The notes under the pieces: generated by a model
Told to the model about the DNA's origin: nothing
Database searches by the model: none
What the model saw: only the letters and a program-made list of their open reading frames with translations
Position numbers and translations under genes: made by a program
Origin: Paracoccaceae bacterium
GTDB taxonomy: Bacteria; Pseudomonadota; Alphaproteobacteria; Rhodobacterales; Rhodobacteraceae
Assembly: GCA_014239455.1 (NCBI GenBank)
Contig: JAAZYV010000028.1
Span: 40,074 to 104,073, forward strand
Reading direction: 5' to 3'
DNA length: 64,000 nt
In this document: positions 31,172 through 42,085 of the stretch, piece after piece
Layout: every line of letters starts with the position of its first letter
How positions within the stretch are numbered: position 1 is the stretch's first letter

Positions 31172-32608
31172 ATGAGCGAAATAGACGCAACCTTTAAACC
31201 TTTTGAACATAACTTAGATTTGCAGAAAGCTTTGAAAATTTTGAAGGACTCCACAACTGGAGCAGATGATGGTGAACTTTTTCTTGAGAAGAGGATAAGT
31301 GAGGATTTCGTATTTGATGATCAAAAGCTTAAAAAATCATCCTTTAATATAAACGAAGGTTTCGGAATCAGAACCGTCACAGGGGAAAAAATAGGTTTCT
31401 CTCATTCTTCTGACATAACAGAGCAATCAATCAAAGAAGCCTCCCAAATAATTAAGATAGCCAACCTAAATCCAATCAGCCACAGGTCTTTGGCCCCACC
31501 ACCCAATAAAACAAATATTAGATTGTACACTGATACCAATCCATTTGAATCAATTCCTCTCAGAATCAAAATTGAGTTGCTTCAGCAGATTGACGATTTT
31601 GCTAGGCAATATGATAATAGAGTCGCTCAAGTCTCAGTGAGCATCGGTGCTTCGTTACAAGAAATAGTCATTCTAAGGCCGGAAGGACAAATACTTAATG
31701 ATATAAGGCCAATGGCTAGGATTTATGCGTCTGTAGTCCTCGAGGAAAATGGTAGAAGAGAAACTGGTTCATCAGGTGGGGGGGGTAGATATAGCCTTTC
31801 AACACTAATGGAGGAAAATCAGTGGAAATATCACGTTTGTGAGGCAATTAGAATAGCTGAGGTTAACTTAACTGCTGAACCCTCTCCAGCAGGGGAAATG
31901 GATATAGTGCTCGGTCCAGGATGGCCAGGAGTGATGTTACATGAAGCCGTTGGTCATGGCTTAGAAGCCGATTTTAATCGAAAAAAAACATCAGCTTTTT
32001 CAGAACTTCGTGGGAAACAAGTTGCGTCAAAACATGTAAACGTAATAGACGATGGAACGATACCAAATCGACGAGGGTCAATTTCTATTGACGATGAAGG
32101 AACAGCTAGTAACCGCAATGTGCTTATAGAAAATGGAATACTGATAAACTATATGCAAGATAGACAAAATGCGAGACTCATGGGACTTAGTGCAACAGGC
32201 AACGGAAGACGAGAAAGCTACGCTCATCCCCCTATGCCAAGAATGACCAATACATTTATGTCTCCAGGATCAACTAATCCTGAGGATATTCTAAGTGATC
32301 TAAAGGATGGAATTCTTGCGGTAGGCTTTTCGGGAGGACAGGTAGATATTACTAATGGCAAATTTGTTTTTTCCTGTACAGAGGCCTATAGAGTAAAGAA
32401 CGGTAAGGTTGAAGCACCAGTTAAAGGAGCAACACTTATTGGTGATGGTCCCACTGCGATGAAAAATATTCGAGGAATTGGAAATGATCTTTCTTTAGAT
32501 CCAGGAATTGGTAACTGTGGAAAGGGCGGGCAATGGGTTCCGGTTGGAGTTGGGCAACCAACAGTTCTGATAAGCGGTTTAACCGTAGGTGGAAGTGGAA
32601 TAAGTTAA
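31172..32608 (+). CDS. tldD: Metalloprotease TldD
   Basis: HEAVGHGLEADFNRKKTSAF zinc motif and a C-terminal GxC block (GNCGKGGQWVPVG). The ORF track starts at TTG 31121, but the ATG at 31172 (MSEIDATF...) fits TldD length better. Confidence 0.9.
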   Translation: MSEIDATFKPFEHNLDLQKALKILKDSTTGADDGELFLEKRISEDFVFDDQKLKKSSFNINEGFGIRTVTGEKIGFSHSSDITEQSIKEASQIIKIANLNPISHRSLAPPPNKTNIRLYTDTNPFESIPLRIKIELLQQIDDFARQYDNRVAQVSVSIGASLQEIVILRPEGQILNDIRPMARIYASVVLEENGRRETGSSGGGGRYSLSTLMEENQWKYHVCEAIRIAEVNLTAEPSPAGEMDIVLGPGWPGVMLHEAVGHGLEADFNRKKTSAFSELRGKQVASKHVNVIDDGTIPNRRGSISIDDEGTASNRNVLIENGILINYMQDRQNARLMGLSATGNGRRESYAHPPMPRMTNTFMSPGSTNPEDILSDLKDGILAVGFSGGQVDITNGKFVFSCTEAYRVKNGKVEAPVKGATLIGDGPTAMKNIRGIGNDLSLDPGIGNCGKGGQWVPVGVGQPTVLISGLTVGGSGIS

Positions 32609-32621
32609 GTGAGTTACAATT

Positions 32622-35108
32622 ATGGCAGTAGTAGTAGTAGAATCGCCATCTAAGGCAAAAACAATCAACAAATATCTCGGCAGAGACTATACAGTTCTCG
32701 CTACTGTTGGACATGTAAGGCATTTAGATGAGAAGGATGGATCTGTCGATCCAGACAATGAATTTTATATGAAATGGAAAATTGATCCTAAAAAGCAAAA
32801 ACATTTGACAGCTATAAAAAAGGCTCTCCATACTGACAACCACTTAATATTAGCTACAGACCCTGATCGCGAAGGGGAAGCTATATCTTGGCATTTAGTA
32901 GAAATTTTGAAGAACCAAAAAAGCCTCAATAGCAAGACAAGGATCGAACGTGTAGTTTTTAATGCTGTTACTAAGCATGCAGTACTTGAAGCAATTGCTA
33001 ATCCACGGGCCTTGGATATGCCATTAGTTGAAGCATATTTGGTAAGAGGTGGTTTAGATTATTTGTTGGGTTATAGTTTGTCACCAATTATCATCAGAAA
33101 ACTACCTATTGGAGCAACATCTGCAGGACGAGTTCAGTCTCCGACTCTAAGACTTATTGTAGATAGAGAAATGGAAATAGAAGCTTTTAAGGCTCAGGAG
33201 TATTGGTCAATTGAAGCTGGTTTTCTTAATAAGGATGGAAAGCTTTTTGAAGCCCAAGCAATTGAATATAAGGGTGAGAAAATCGAAAAGCATTCAGTAA
33301 ATTCTGAAACTCACGCAAAAGAAATTGTTACAAATTTTAGCAAAAATAACTTTCATATTGAAACAATTCACTCAACGCCAAAACAACGAAACCCCTTCCC
33401 CCCTTTCCTTACGTCTACCTTACAGCAGGAAGCCAACAATAGACTTTATATGGGGACACAACAAACAATGTCAGTAGCACAAAAGCTCTATGAAGCAGGC
33501 CATATAACCTACATGAGGACAGATGGTATTGATATGGCTCCTGAAGCAGTTTCTGCTACCCGAGATCTAATAAGTAAATCCTTTGGAGAAAAATATCTCC
33601 CTAAGAGTCCTCGATTTTACAAGAATAAGGCCGCTAATGCTCAAGAAGCACATGAATGTATTAGACCAACCAACATACAAAAAACTTCAAAAAATTTGAG
33701 TCTTACAGATGTTAATCAAATAAAATTGTATGAACTCATACGAAACCGAACACTAGCATGCCAAATGGAAAATGAAATTTCAGAAACCACGACAGCCATA
33801 TTAGCTAATGAAGAGGGTAACAATAGATTGAAAGCATCTGGACGTGTCATTATTTTTGATGGATTTCGTAAGGCTTTCAATTTTCATAATGATGAAGATG
33901 ATAAATCATCTGATACAAAAGAATTGCCACAGCTTGACGAAGGTTCTAAAATAGAACTTAGTTCCATAACGCCAGAACAGCATTTCACACAAGCCAAGCC
34001 ACGATATACAGAAGCATCCTTAGTAAAAAAAATGGTAGACCTTGGAATTGGACGCCCATCCACCTATGCTTCGATTGTTTCAAGAATTCAGCAACGTGAA
34101 TACGTTAGAAAAGAAAAAAACCGTCTCATCCCAGAAGATAAGGGTAAACTTGTTTCTGTATTCTTGGCAGGATATTTCAAAAAATACATTGAGTATGATT
34201 ATACGGCGGAATTAGAGAATGACTTAGATGACGTGTCATCAGGCAAATCTATTTGGAAAGATATTTTGTCAAAGTTCTGGAATGAATTTTCTCCTCACTT
34301 TGACGCTGCCAAAGATCTTAGAATTTCTGAAGTGCTGATAAAAATAAATGCGCTTTTGGAACCACATTATTTTCCAAAAAGCGATGATAATAGTAATCCA
34401 AAACTATGCCCAAACTGTGAAAAAGGTGAACTATCCCTAAGAACTTCAAGAACTGGGAATGCATTCATTGGCTGCTCTAGTTATCCTGATTGCCGTTTCA
34501 TCAGGCCTTTATCAATAATGACAAAAGAAACACTAGAAAAGGTTTCTAATGATAAAATTCTTGGATTGCACCCTGGAGGAAGCAAAATTTTGGTTAAGAC
34601 TGGAAAATTTGGTCCTTATGTCCAACTTGGGGAAGTTAGTGAAGAAAATTCAAAACCAAGGAGAACATCAATTCCTAAGAATTTCGATGTGAATGATTTG
34701 ACCTTAGAATTAGCCCTGCATTTAATTGAATTACCAAAAACCCTCGGAAAACACCCTGATGACGGCGCACCTATCCTTTCTGCAATTGGCCCGTACGGTC
34801 CCTACCTCAAGCATAATAACTCATATGCTAATGTATCTAATTTAGAAGAATTTCTGTCAATTGGGATGAATAGGGCAGTGGAGTTAATATCTGATCAAGC
34901 CAAAAAGAGCTCCAAATCAAAAGGACCCTCAGTCATAAGAATTATTGGAAAACATCCCGATGGAGGGGATGTTCAACTAATGACTGGGAGATATGGTCCA
35001 TATCTCAAGTATAAGAAAACTAATGTGGGTATTAAAGATAAAAATGATCTAGATAATGTCGACCTTGATAAAGCTCTAGAACTATTGAAAGCTAAATCTA
35101 AGAAATAA
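32622..35108 (+). CDS. topA: DNA topoisomerase I
   Basis: TOPRIM start VVVESPSKAKTI, DPDREGEAISWH, active-site Tyr context (GHITYMRTDG) and a C-terminal zinc ribbon CPNCEKGEL...CSSYPDC. Confidence 0.96.
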   Translation: MAVVVVESPSKAKTINKYLGRDYTVLATVGHVRHLDEKDGSVDPDNEFYMKWKIDPKKQKHLTAIKKALHTDNHLILATDPDREGEAISWHLVEILKNQKSLNSKTRIERVVFNAVTKHAVLEAIANPRALDMPLVEAYLVRGGLDYLLGYSLSPIIIRKLPIGATSAGRVQSPTLRLIVDREMEIEAFKAQEYWSIEAGFLNKDGKLFEAQAIEYKGEKIEKHSVNSETHAKEIVTNFSKNNFHIETIHSTPKQRNPFPPFLTSTLQQEANNRLYMGTQQTMSVAQKLYEAGHITYMRTDGIDMAPEAVSATRDLISKSFGEKYLPKSPRFYKNKAANAQEAHECIRPTNIQKTSKNLSLTDVNQIKLYELIRNRTLACQMENEISETTTAILANEEGNNRLKASGRVIIFDGFRKAFNFHNDEDDKSSDTKELPQLDEGSKIELSSITPEQHFTQAKPRYTEASLVKKMVDLGIGRPSTYASIVSRIQQREYVRKEKNRLIPEDKGKLVSVFLAGYFKKYIEYDYTAELENDLDDVSSGKSIWKDILSKFWNEFSPHFDAAKDLRISEVLIKINALLEPHYFPKSDDNSNPKLCPNCEKGELSLRTSRTGNAFIGCSSYPDCRFIRPLSIMTKETLEKVSNDKILGLHPGGSKILVKTGKFGPYVQLGEVSEENSKPRRTSIPKNFDVNDLTLELALHLIELPKTLGKHPDDGAPILSAIGPYGPYLKHNNSYANVSNLEEFLSIGMNRAVELISDQAKKSSKSKGPSVIRIIGKHPDGGDVQLMTGRYGPYLKYKKTNVGIKDKNDLDNVDLDKALELLKAKSKK

Positions 35109-35137
35109 CCTTTAGTCTGAGCAAAAGTATACACCAT

Positions 35138-37285
35138 ATGAATAAAGAGACCTATTTCAATCTCTACCTGAGTGAACAGGAAATCACAGAATTTGTTAAA
35201 TCAAACAGATATTTTAGGAATCATCAAGACATTATAGAAAACTTGGGACTCAGTTCACACTATTACCTAGTATTGAAAAGGCTTTTCCCTCACTTTCCCA
35301 AAAAAAGGCCTCACAAATACCCTCGTGTAAAATTGATTAAATCAAAGTTGGCAAATGTGGATTTGTTAGTTGTTAGATCAAAAAATGAGCCTAGAACGCT
35401 CTTTTTAGAACCTCCTTTTTGGGATGCTAAAAAAGAAAAACCAAAAATCAGCGTAGATTATTCAGAAATTTCACAAGAAAAGCCGGAGATCGGAGATAAA
35501 ATACTAGTAAGGATCAAACCTAAGGATCTTACCACACCGGAGAAAAAATATTTAAGAGCCACCTTCTTAAGGGTTATTTACCCTAATTCAAAAAGGGGTC
35601 TTGGAATTGTAAAAAAGGAGGGAAAAGAAACCTCAATCCTTACAACCAAGAAATTCTTTAACAAAAGAACTTCAGTAAATTATCCTGATTTGGAGGTCTT
35701 TAAAGAGGGAGACATAGTTGAAATTAATATTCGAGATAACAAACAAAGATCCAAAATGTTTATTGATAATATCTCGAAAGTTCATGGGACATCAAAAAAA
35801 CCTGACTTATACTCTTTCTTGGCAAAAAAAGAATTTTCTCTAAAGACTGAATTTCCTGATTCTGTCCATAAGGAATTGTCTACTATAATACAAAAAAAAG
35901 AAGATACCTCCGGTGAAGATCTAACTCATATTCCCTTTGTAACTATTGATCCAAGAAATGCTAGAGATAAAGACGATGCTGTATATGCTGAATTTCCAGA
36001 AATGAATCAAGAAAAAGGTATTTTTTGCGAAATTTGGATAGCCATAGCTGATGTCTCATTCCATGTATCTGCAGGATCCTGCATTGACCAAGAGGCTTTA
36101 CGTCGCGGAAACTCGACCTATTTCTTCGATTCAGTTATTCCAATGTTGCCGGAAAAACTTTCCAATGATCTGTGCTCTTTAGAAGAGAACAAAGTACGAA
36201 ATAGTATTACCTTGAGGATCTCACTTAACAAGTATGGAAAAAAGATTAGTCACAAATTTATTAAAAGCAGAATATTAGTTAAGCATAATTGTTCATATGA
36301 GGAAGTTGAAAATAGCTACCAAAAGCCTGAATCATATGAGTCACCTAATAATGAGAAACAGTTATTGTTCGATAACCTTTTCAAGGCCAATTCGCTTTTA
36401 ACTAAATCAATACCAAAAGCAATAAATTTAAATATTCCCGAACCAATCTTCAGTTTATCAGAGAAAGGTGACGTAATTGGTTTGTGTCAAGAAAAGGCAT
36501 TGAAATCCCATAAAATTGTTGAAAATTTTATGATCACAGCAAACACTTGTGTTGCAGAAACTTTGTCTGAATCCAGACTTCCAGTGATTTATCGGGTGCA
36601 TGAACCCCCCCCCACTGACCGATTGGCGAAACTATTACAAAGAATCTCACTCTTGGGGATAAAAGTTACTAGAAAGAAAAATATTAAATCGGATGACTTT
36701 AACCAAATATTAAATTTAGCTAAGACTAGCCGGCTTCATGACGTCACAAGCTTATTAGTGCTTCAAGCAATGACACAAGCTTATTATACCATTAGAGAAG
36801 TTGGTCACTTTGGTCTAGATTTAAAAAAATATATGCATTTCACCTCACCCATCCGAAGATATACAGATCTGTTAACACATAGGTTACTCAACAGTTACCT
36901 TGGCTGGTCTAATGGAAATATTTACCAAAATGACACAAAATCAACGGAATTAATTTGCCTACATCTTAACAGCATGGAAAGAAATTCTTCTATGGCCGAA
37001 AGACAATCAAATTCTAGATATATAGCCAGTTTCATGAAGTCTCTAGTCGGGAAAAGTTTTGAGGGGCTTGTGTATTTTTCAACAAAAGAAAAAATATTCT
37101 TTTTTCTCAGACAATTCGGTATTCAAGGAGTTTGCAATCACAAAAGAGGTCATGAGAAAACTCTAAAGAGAAGAAAAAGATCCCATCTAAAGGACAACAA
37201 ATTGGTCACAATAGGTAATAAGATAAAGGTTAAGCTTATGACAACAGACGCACTATCTGGGGATTTATCATTTGAATTAGAATGA
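35138..37285 (+). CDS. rnr: Ribonuclease R / RNase II-family 3'-5' exoribonuclease
   Basis: RNB domain blocks TIDPRNARDKDDAVYAE, HFGL....YMHFTSPIRRYTDLLTHR and a C-terminal S1-like segment. Confidence 0.87.
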   Translation: MNKETYFNLYLSEQEITEFVKSNRYFRNHQDIIENLGLSSHYYLVLKRLFPHFPKKRPHKYPRVKLIKSKLANVDLLVVRSKNEPRTLFLEPPFWDAKKEKPKISVDYSEISQEKPEIGDKILVRIKPKDLTTPEKKYLRATFLRVIYPNSKRGLGIVKKEGKETSILTTKKFFNKRTSVNYPDLEVFKEGDIVEINIRDNKQRSKMFIDNISKVHGTSKKPDLYSFLAKKEFSLKTEFPDSVHKELSTIIQKKEDTSGEDLTHIPFVTIDPRNARDKDDAVYAEFPEMNQEKGIFCEIWIAIADVSFHVSAGSCIDQEALRRGNSTYFFDSVIPMLPEKLSNDLCSLEENKVRNSITLRISLNKYGKKISHKFIKSRILVKHNCSYEEVENSYQKPESYESPNNEKQLLFDNLFKANSLLTKSIPKAINLNIPEPIFSLSEKGDVIGLCQEKALKSHKIVENFMITANTCVAETLSESRLPVIYRVHEPPPTDRLAKLLQRISLLGIKVTRKKNIKSDDFNQILNLAKTSRLHDVTSLLVLQAMTQAYYTIREVGHFGLDLKKYMHFTSPIRRYTDLLTHRLLNSYLGWSNGNIYQNDTKSTELICLHLNSMERNSSMAERQSNSRYIASFMKSLVGKSFEGLVYFSTKEKIFFFLRQFGIQGVCNHKRGHEKTLKRRKRSHLKDNKLVTIGNKIKVKLMTTDALSGDLSFELE

Positions 37286-37320
37286 AAATTTCATTTTGAA
37301 CCAATATTTCTTAATAACCC

Positions 37321-38427
37321 TTACCGATTATTTTCCCGTGGCCAATCATCTCCTCTCATTTCATTTAACCTAGAGACTGTTCGGGCAAATTCTTTCTTAA
37401 ACCTGCCGCTTGAATAAATACCCTCAGGTTCCACTGCAGACAGACAAACTATCCGTATTTTAGCTTCGTAAAGTGAATCAATCAGCAAAATGAACCTTCT
37501 AGCGATATCATTTTGGGAATTTGATAGAATAGGTATATTTTCCAAGAAAAGTACTTTGATATGATTGCAAAGGTTTAAATAATCCACTGCACTTAGAGGC
37601 TGTTCGCAAAGCTCTTGAAATGAAATCCGACAAGCACCATTTCCATAGTTTTGTAATTTTAACTCTCTACCTTGATAGTGAAGTATCAATTCTTGCGTTC
37701 CATGATCAACAACATCTTCCCAGATTCTATTGAATCTGACTGCAGCTGTGACTTCCTCTTCACAAAAATAACTATCTTCTTTCCTCAACTTTCCATTTCT
37801 ATAGTCTTTTTGGTTGTCTACTTCTACTATCTCAACATTTTTCATCAATAGTGTGATGAATGGCAAAAATAATCCTCTATTTAACCCATCTTTGTAAAGT
37901 TCTTCTGGATGAAAATTGGAAGTGGTGACAACTGTCAATCCACCAAAGAAAAGTTCCTGAAATAATCTACCAATGATCATAGCATCCGTGATATCAATAA
38001 TTTGAAATTCGTCAAAACATAATAAATCAATTTCGTTTAGAATCTCTTGGCAAATAATGCGAACAGGATCTTTCTTTCTCATCACCCTTATATTTTTCAG
38101 CCTTTCATGGAATTCATACATAAAGGCATGAAAATGCACACGCCTTTTCCTTGAGGAAGTCACACTCTCAAAAAATAAATCCATCACCATACTTTTCCCT
38201 GTTCCCACGCCACCAAACATATAAAGTCCCTTCTTCGTGGATCCTAATGAAGGAGTTCCACGAGCTTTAAAAAATCTAGAAAGTGACCTCTTAGTTGCTC
38301 TAGAATTCTTTAACTCTAAGATTTCGTCTTTAACTATGTTAAGATGTTTAATCGCCTGTTCTTGCGACTTATCCGGCTCGAGGTCACCTTTAGAAATGAT
38401 TGCATGATATCGTTTGATCAAATCCAT
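37321..38427 (-). CDS. zapE: Cell division protein ZapE (AFG1-like ATPase)
   Basis: Walker A GGVGTGKSMVMD, Walker B LLCFDEFQIIDITDA, and the typical AFG1 N-terminal DKSQEQAI block. Confidence 0.87.
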   Translation of the reverse strand: MDLIKRYHAIISKGDLEPDKSQEQAIKHLNIVKDEILELKNSRATKRSLSRFFKARGTPSLGSTKKGLYMFGGVGTGKSMVMDLFFESVTSSRKRRVHFHAFMYEFHERLKNIRVMRKKDPVRIICQEILNEIDLLCFDEFQIIDITDAMIIGRLFQELFFGGLTVVTTSNFHPEELYKDGLNRGLFLPFITLLMKNVEIVEVDNQKDYRNGKLRKEDSYFCEEEVTAAVRFNRIWEDVVDHGTQELILHYQGRELKLQNYGNGACRISFQELCEQPLSAVDYLNLCNHIKVLFLENIPILSNSQNDIARRFILLIDSLYEAKIRIVCLSAVEPEGIYSSGRFKKEFARTVSRLNEMRGDDWPRENNR

Positions 38428-38491
38428 ATTTAAAGCACCACCAGCTAACCTGGTTAATTTGAAAAAATAAATGAAGTGTTCTCAGCGCAGT

Positions 38492-39424
38492 TTAAAAATA
38501 CTTCAAATGCTTCTCACCCTTTAGGTCAGATAATTTTATTTGTTTTTGTCTCTCTCTGAAACTTTTTTTTCTTTCATAGCCAGTCTTTTCATAGCAATGA
38601 TGGCAACTAACACCTTCTTCATAATGCGGGTGATTCAGCTCATAGGATCTAAGAGGATGTCTACATGCAAAGCAAAGTGAACAAGAACCATTTTTAACAT
38701 TTGGACCGACCGATACTCTTTGGTCAAAGACAAAACATTCTCCCTCCCACTGACTTTCATTTCCCTTATAATTTCCCTTATAGCTTTCCAAATAGTTTAA
38801 AATGCCTCCCTTAAGATGGTAGACCTTTCTTACACCATGCTTAAGAAGATATTTGGTAGATTTCTCGCATCTTATGCCACCGGTACAAAACATGGCTATG
38901 GACTTACCTTTGTATTGTTCACTATTTTTTCTCCACCACTCAGGAAAATCTGAAAAATTTTCAGTATTTGGATTTATGGCTCCTATAAATGATCCTATGG
39001 CAACCTCATAATCATTTCTTGTATCAATAGTCACCACATTTTCATCACATATAAGAGTGTTCCAGTCATTTGGTTCAACATATATCCCAGGCTGTTCAGC
39101 CATTGACATTTCGTCAATACCAAAAGTGACAATTTCTTTCTTTATTTTTACCTTGATTCTTCCAAATGGAATTTCTTCTATTAAAGATTGCTTTAGATTA
39201 ATTTGATCACAGTTCATTACCTCTCTTATATTTTTTATTACTATATCAACCTTCTTTATCTCTCCCGCAATTGTTCCATTAATGCCTTCATTTGCTAAGA
39301 TGATCAAACCTTTCATATCAAGATTTTTGCAAATTTGAAAAATGCTATCACGCTTTTGACTCACCGAATCAAGCTTAGTAAAACAATATAAAGAAGCGAC
39401 CTTTAAAGATTCCATGGATACCAA
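38492..39424 (-). CDS. trhO: Rhodanese-domain protein TrhO/YceA (tRNA U34 hydroxylase family)
   Basis: UPF0176 N-terminal block (ASLYCFTKL...GLIILANEGINGTIAG), rhodanese active site CTGGIRCEK and a C-terminal Cys-rich tail. Confidence 0.83.
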   Translation of the reverse strand: MVSMESLKVASLYCFTKLDSVSQKRDSIFQICKNLDMKGLIILANEGINGTIAGEIKKVDIVIKNIREVMNCDQINLKQSLIEEIPFGRIKVKIKKEIVTFGIDEMSMAEQPGIYVEPNDWNTLICDENVVTIDTRNDYEVAIGSFIGAINPNTENFSDFPEWWRKNSEQYKGKSIAMFCTGGIRCEKSTKYLLKHGVRKVYHLKGGILNYLESYKGNYKGNESQWEGECFVFDQRVSVGPNVKNGSCSLCFACRHPLRSYELNHPHYEEGVSCHHCYEKTGYERKKSFRERQKQIKLSDLKGEKHLKYF

Positions 39425-39606
39425 GTATCAATTACACAGAGATTTTTCAAGTAAACTTAGAGACTAATCACTTGACCCGAAATGAAATTTGGCCTAGATC
39501 CTGAAATCAAATTTTGACACTTTTTTGTATTGAAGGTGACCAACGATTTGGGCTAATGCTTGAATCTTGGTAACAGTTTTACAAAATACAGGATCTTTTT
39601 AATTGA

Positions 39607-41094
39607 ATGTTCGCTAGCTTATCAAAAAATTTAACTGGTATTCTCGAAAAACTAACTAAGAAGGGAATAGTAACTGAGAATGATGTAAATCAGACTCTCC
39701 GAGAGGTACGTCTATCCTTGCTAGAAGCAGATGTAGCTCTTGAAGTGGTAAAACAATTTGTTGAAAAAATTAGGATTAAGGCAACTGGTCAAAGTGTTGT
39801 AAAATCAGTTACACCAGGCCAACAAGTCATCAAAATTGTTCATGATGAGCTGGTTAATTTACTTTCTGGCAGTCAAGAAAACGAGCAAAAGTTAAAGATT
39901 GATTCTCCCCCAGCAAGTGTTCTCATGATTGGACTTCAAGGCTCTGGAAAGACTACCACTACTTCTAAGTTATCTAAATTACTGAAAGAAAAGAATAAAA
40001 AGAAGGTTTTGATGGCTAGTTTAGATACTAGAAGACCAGCCGCCATGGATCAGTTAAAAATTCTGGGAGAGCAAAACCAGATAGATGTGCTGGAAATAGT
40101 GCCCAATCAAAAACCATTAGATATTGCGTCAAGAGCAAAACAACAAGCTACATTGGGTGGATATGACGTCTTCATTCTGGATACTGCTGGTAGAATGCAC
40201 GTAGACAAAGACCTTATGGATGAAATAACCCAAGTGAAATCAAAGATAAATCCAAATGAAACTCTTTTGGTAGTTGATGGGCTTACAGGGCAAGATGCTG
40301 TTCATGTAGCAAGAGAATTTGACTCTACCTGCAAATTGGATGGAATAATTGTTACCAAATTAGATGGTGATAGTAGAGGCGGGGCAGCTCTCTCGATGCG
40401 AGCCATAACCCAAAAGCCTATTAAATTCATTGGGGTAGGTGAAAAATCTACCGAACTTGAAGTCTTTGAGCCTAAAAGAATAGCCGACAGGATCCTGGGT
40501 ATGGGAGATATAGTCTCCTTGGTGGAAAAAGCTCAAGAACAGTTGGATGCCGAAAAAACACAAAGAATGATTAAGAGGCTAGAAAAAGGCTATTTCAATA
40601 TGAACGACTTAAGATTACAGCTTGAGCAAACCATTAAAATGGGTGGGATGCAAGGAATGATCGGGATGATTCCCGGTTTAGGGAAAATATCTAAACAACT
40701 TGAGAAAACCAATTTAGATGACAAGATTCTTAGTAGGCAGATAGCACTCATTACATCCATGACAAAAAGGGAAAGATCAAACCCACAAATTCTTCAAGCT
40801 AGCAGAAAAAAGCGTATAGCCATAGGAGCCGGGCAGGAAGTTTCTGATCTAAATAAGTTAATTAAAATGCATAGGCAAATGGCTGATGTTATGAAGAAAA
40901 TAGGTCGTAAAGGTAATAGAGGTATGCTACGTGATTTGATTGGGAATTTAACTGGAAATAGTGGAAGTAAAAAGAATCTGACCGATCTAGTGGATCAAAA
41001 TGCGGTCTTGAGAAACCCTATGCAAACTAATTTGGGATCAAAAGACTTAACTAGAATGATGGGTGGGATCCCAGATTTCATGAAAAAAAACTAA
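39607..41094 (+). CDS. ffh: Signal recognition particle protein Ffh
   Basis: N domain (LREVRLSLLEADVAL), G domain GLQGSGKTTT / DTAGR / TKLDGDSRGG, and a Met-rich M domain. Confidence 0.96.
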   Translation: MFASLSKNLTGILEKLTKKGIVTENDVNQTLREVRLSLLEADVALEVVKQFVEKIRIKATGQSVVKSVTPGQQVIKIVHDELVNLLSGSQENEQKLKIDSPPASVLMIGLQGSGKTTTTSKLSKLLKEKNKKKVLMASLDTRRPAAMDQLKILGEQNQIDVLEIVPNQKPLDIASRAKQQATLGGYDVFILDTAGRMHVDKDLMDEITQVKSKINPNETLLVVDGLTGQDAVHVAREFDSTCKLDGIIVTKLDGDSRGGAALSMRAITQKPIKFIGVGEKSTELEVFEPKRIADRILGMGDIVSLVEKAQEQLDAEKTQRMIKRLEKGYFNMNDLRLQLEQTIKMGGMQGMIGMIPGLGKISKQLEKTNLDDKILSRQIALITSMTKRERSNPQILQASRKKRIAIGAGQEVSDLNKLIKMHRQMADVMKKIGRKGNRGMLRDLIGNLTGNSGSKKNLTDLVDQNAVLRNPMQTNLGSKDLTRMMGGIPDFMKKN

Positions 41095-41104
41095 GCACAC
41101 AATC

Positions 41105-41392
41105 ATGAAAAATTTTCAAGAAAAATTGGCCGAACATCGAAGATCTGTAGACAAACTTGATGCCATCCTTGTATATACACTAGGAGAGCGGTTTAAACAA
41201 ACTGAGAAGATTGGAAAATTGAAAGCCGAGGCCAAAATCCAGGCAACCGATCATGAGAGAGAATTAGTCCAGGTTGAGAGATTAAGAAAATTATCTGCGG
41301 ATGCGAATCTGGATGCCGATTTTGCAGAAAGACTTTTGAAATTCATCATTTCTGAAGTTGTAAAGAATCATAACAAAATAAAATCACGTTGA
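41105..41392 (+). CDS. AroQ-class chorismate mutase
   Basis: 95-aa helical ORF: RRSVDKLDAILVYTLGERFKQTEKIGKLK...ATDHERE. Sits in the ffh-CM-rpsP position common in alphaproteobacteria. Confidence 0.72.
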   Translation: MKNFQEKLAEHRRSVDKLDAILVYTLGERFKQTEKIGKLKAEAKIQATDHERELVQVERLRKLSADANLDADFAERLLKFIISEVVKNHNKIKSR

Positions 41393-41431
41393 TATTGAAA
41401 ACTTTAATCAGGTATTTGGGGAGATAATTTA

Positions 41432-42085
41432 ATGGCAATAAAAATTCGTTTAGCTAGAGGAGGATCTAAGAAGAGGCCATACTACAGAGTGGTTGCAGCA
41501 GATAGCCGTATGCCTAGGGATGGTAGATTCATAGAAAAGCTAGGGACATATAATCCTTTGTTACCAAAAGAGCACCCTGAACGCATTAAATTAAATGTTG
41601 AAAAAATTCAAGAATGGATGGGTAAGGGAGCTCAATTATCAGATAGAATCTCCAGAATGCTTGAGAACTTGTCTGTGGTTCCGACCAAATCTAGAAACAA
41701 TCCGAAGAAAGGCCTGAAACATAAGGCAACTGAAGAAAGAGAGAAAGCTAAATCTGAAAAAAAAGATGCTCCTATTGATTTCGGTAAAACAGAAAATCAG
41801 AATGAGCAAATTGATGATCAAAATATCACGGTGAATGAAGAAAAAGAATCTGAAACCACCAGTTCTTCTGATGAAAAGGCAGTAGAAACTGAAGCCGAAA
41901 GCCCTCCAAAAGAAAAGGCAGTAGAAACTGAAGCCAAAAGCCCTCCAGAAGAAAAGGCAGTAGAAACTCAAGCCGAAAGCCCTCCAGAAGAAAAGGCAGT
42001 AGATACTCAAGCCGAAAGTTCTCCAAAAGAAAAGGAAGTAGAAACTGAAGCCGAAAGCCCTCCAGAAGAAAAGGTTGAAAAATAA
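41432..42085 (+). CDS. rpsP: 30S ribosomal protein S16 with a long acidic repeat-bearing C-terminal extension
   Basis: The N-terminus [43 protein letters not shown] is canonical S16. The ORF continues to 217 aa through a Lys/Glu region and five [13 protein letters not shown]-type repeats. Confidence 0.92.
   Translation: MAIKIRLARGGSKKRPYYRVVAADSRMPRDGRFIEKLGTYNPLLPKEHPERIKLNVEKIQEWMGKGAQLSDRISRMLENLSVVPTKSRNNPKKGLKHKATEEREKAKSEKKDAPIDFGKTENQNEQIDDQNITVNEEKESETTSSSDEKAVETEAESPPKEKAVETEAKSPPEEKAVETQAESPPEEKAVDTQAESSPKEKEVETEAESPPEEKVEK
41873..42085 (+). repeat. 39-bp in-frame tandem repeat, about 5.4 copies, at the 3' end of rpsP
   Basis: Copies of GAAAAGGCAGTAGAAACTGAAGCCGAAAGCCCTCCARAA start at 41873, 41912, 41951, 41990 and 42029, with a partial copy at 42068. 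Copies differ by only 1-4 substitutions. Confidence 0.93.

Noticed and set aside
31778-31785. G8 run in tldD, and a C9 run in rnr (36605..36613), as slippage-prone contingency tracts.
   Set aside because: They encode GGGG and PPP in conserved protein contexts and are much shorter than the surf1 T18. They are noted but not considered meaningful.
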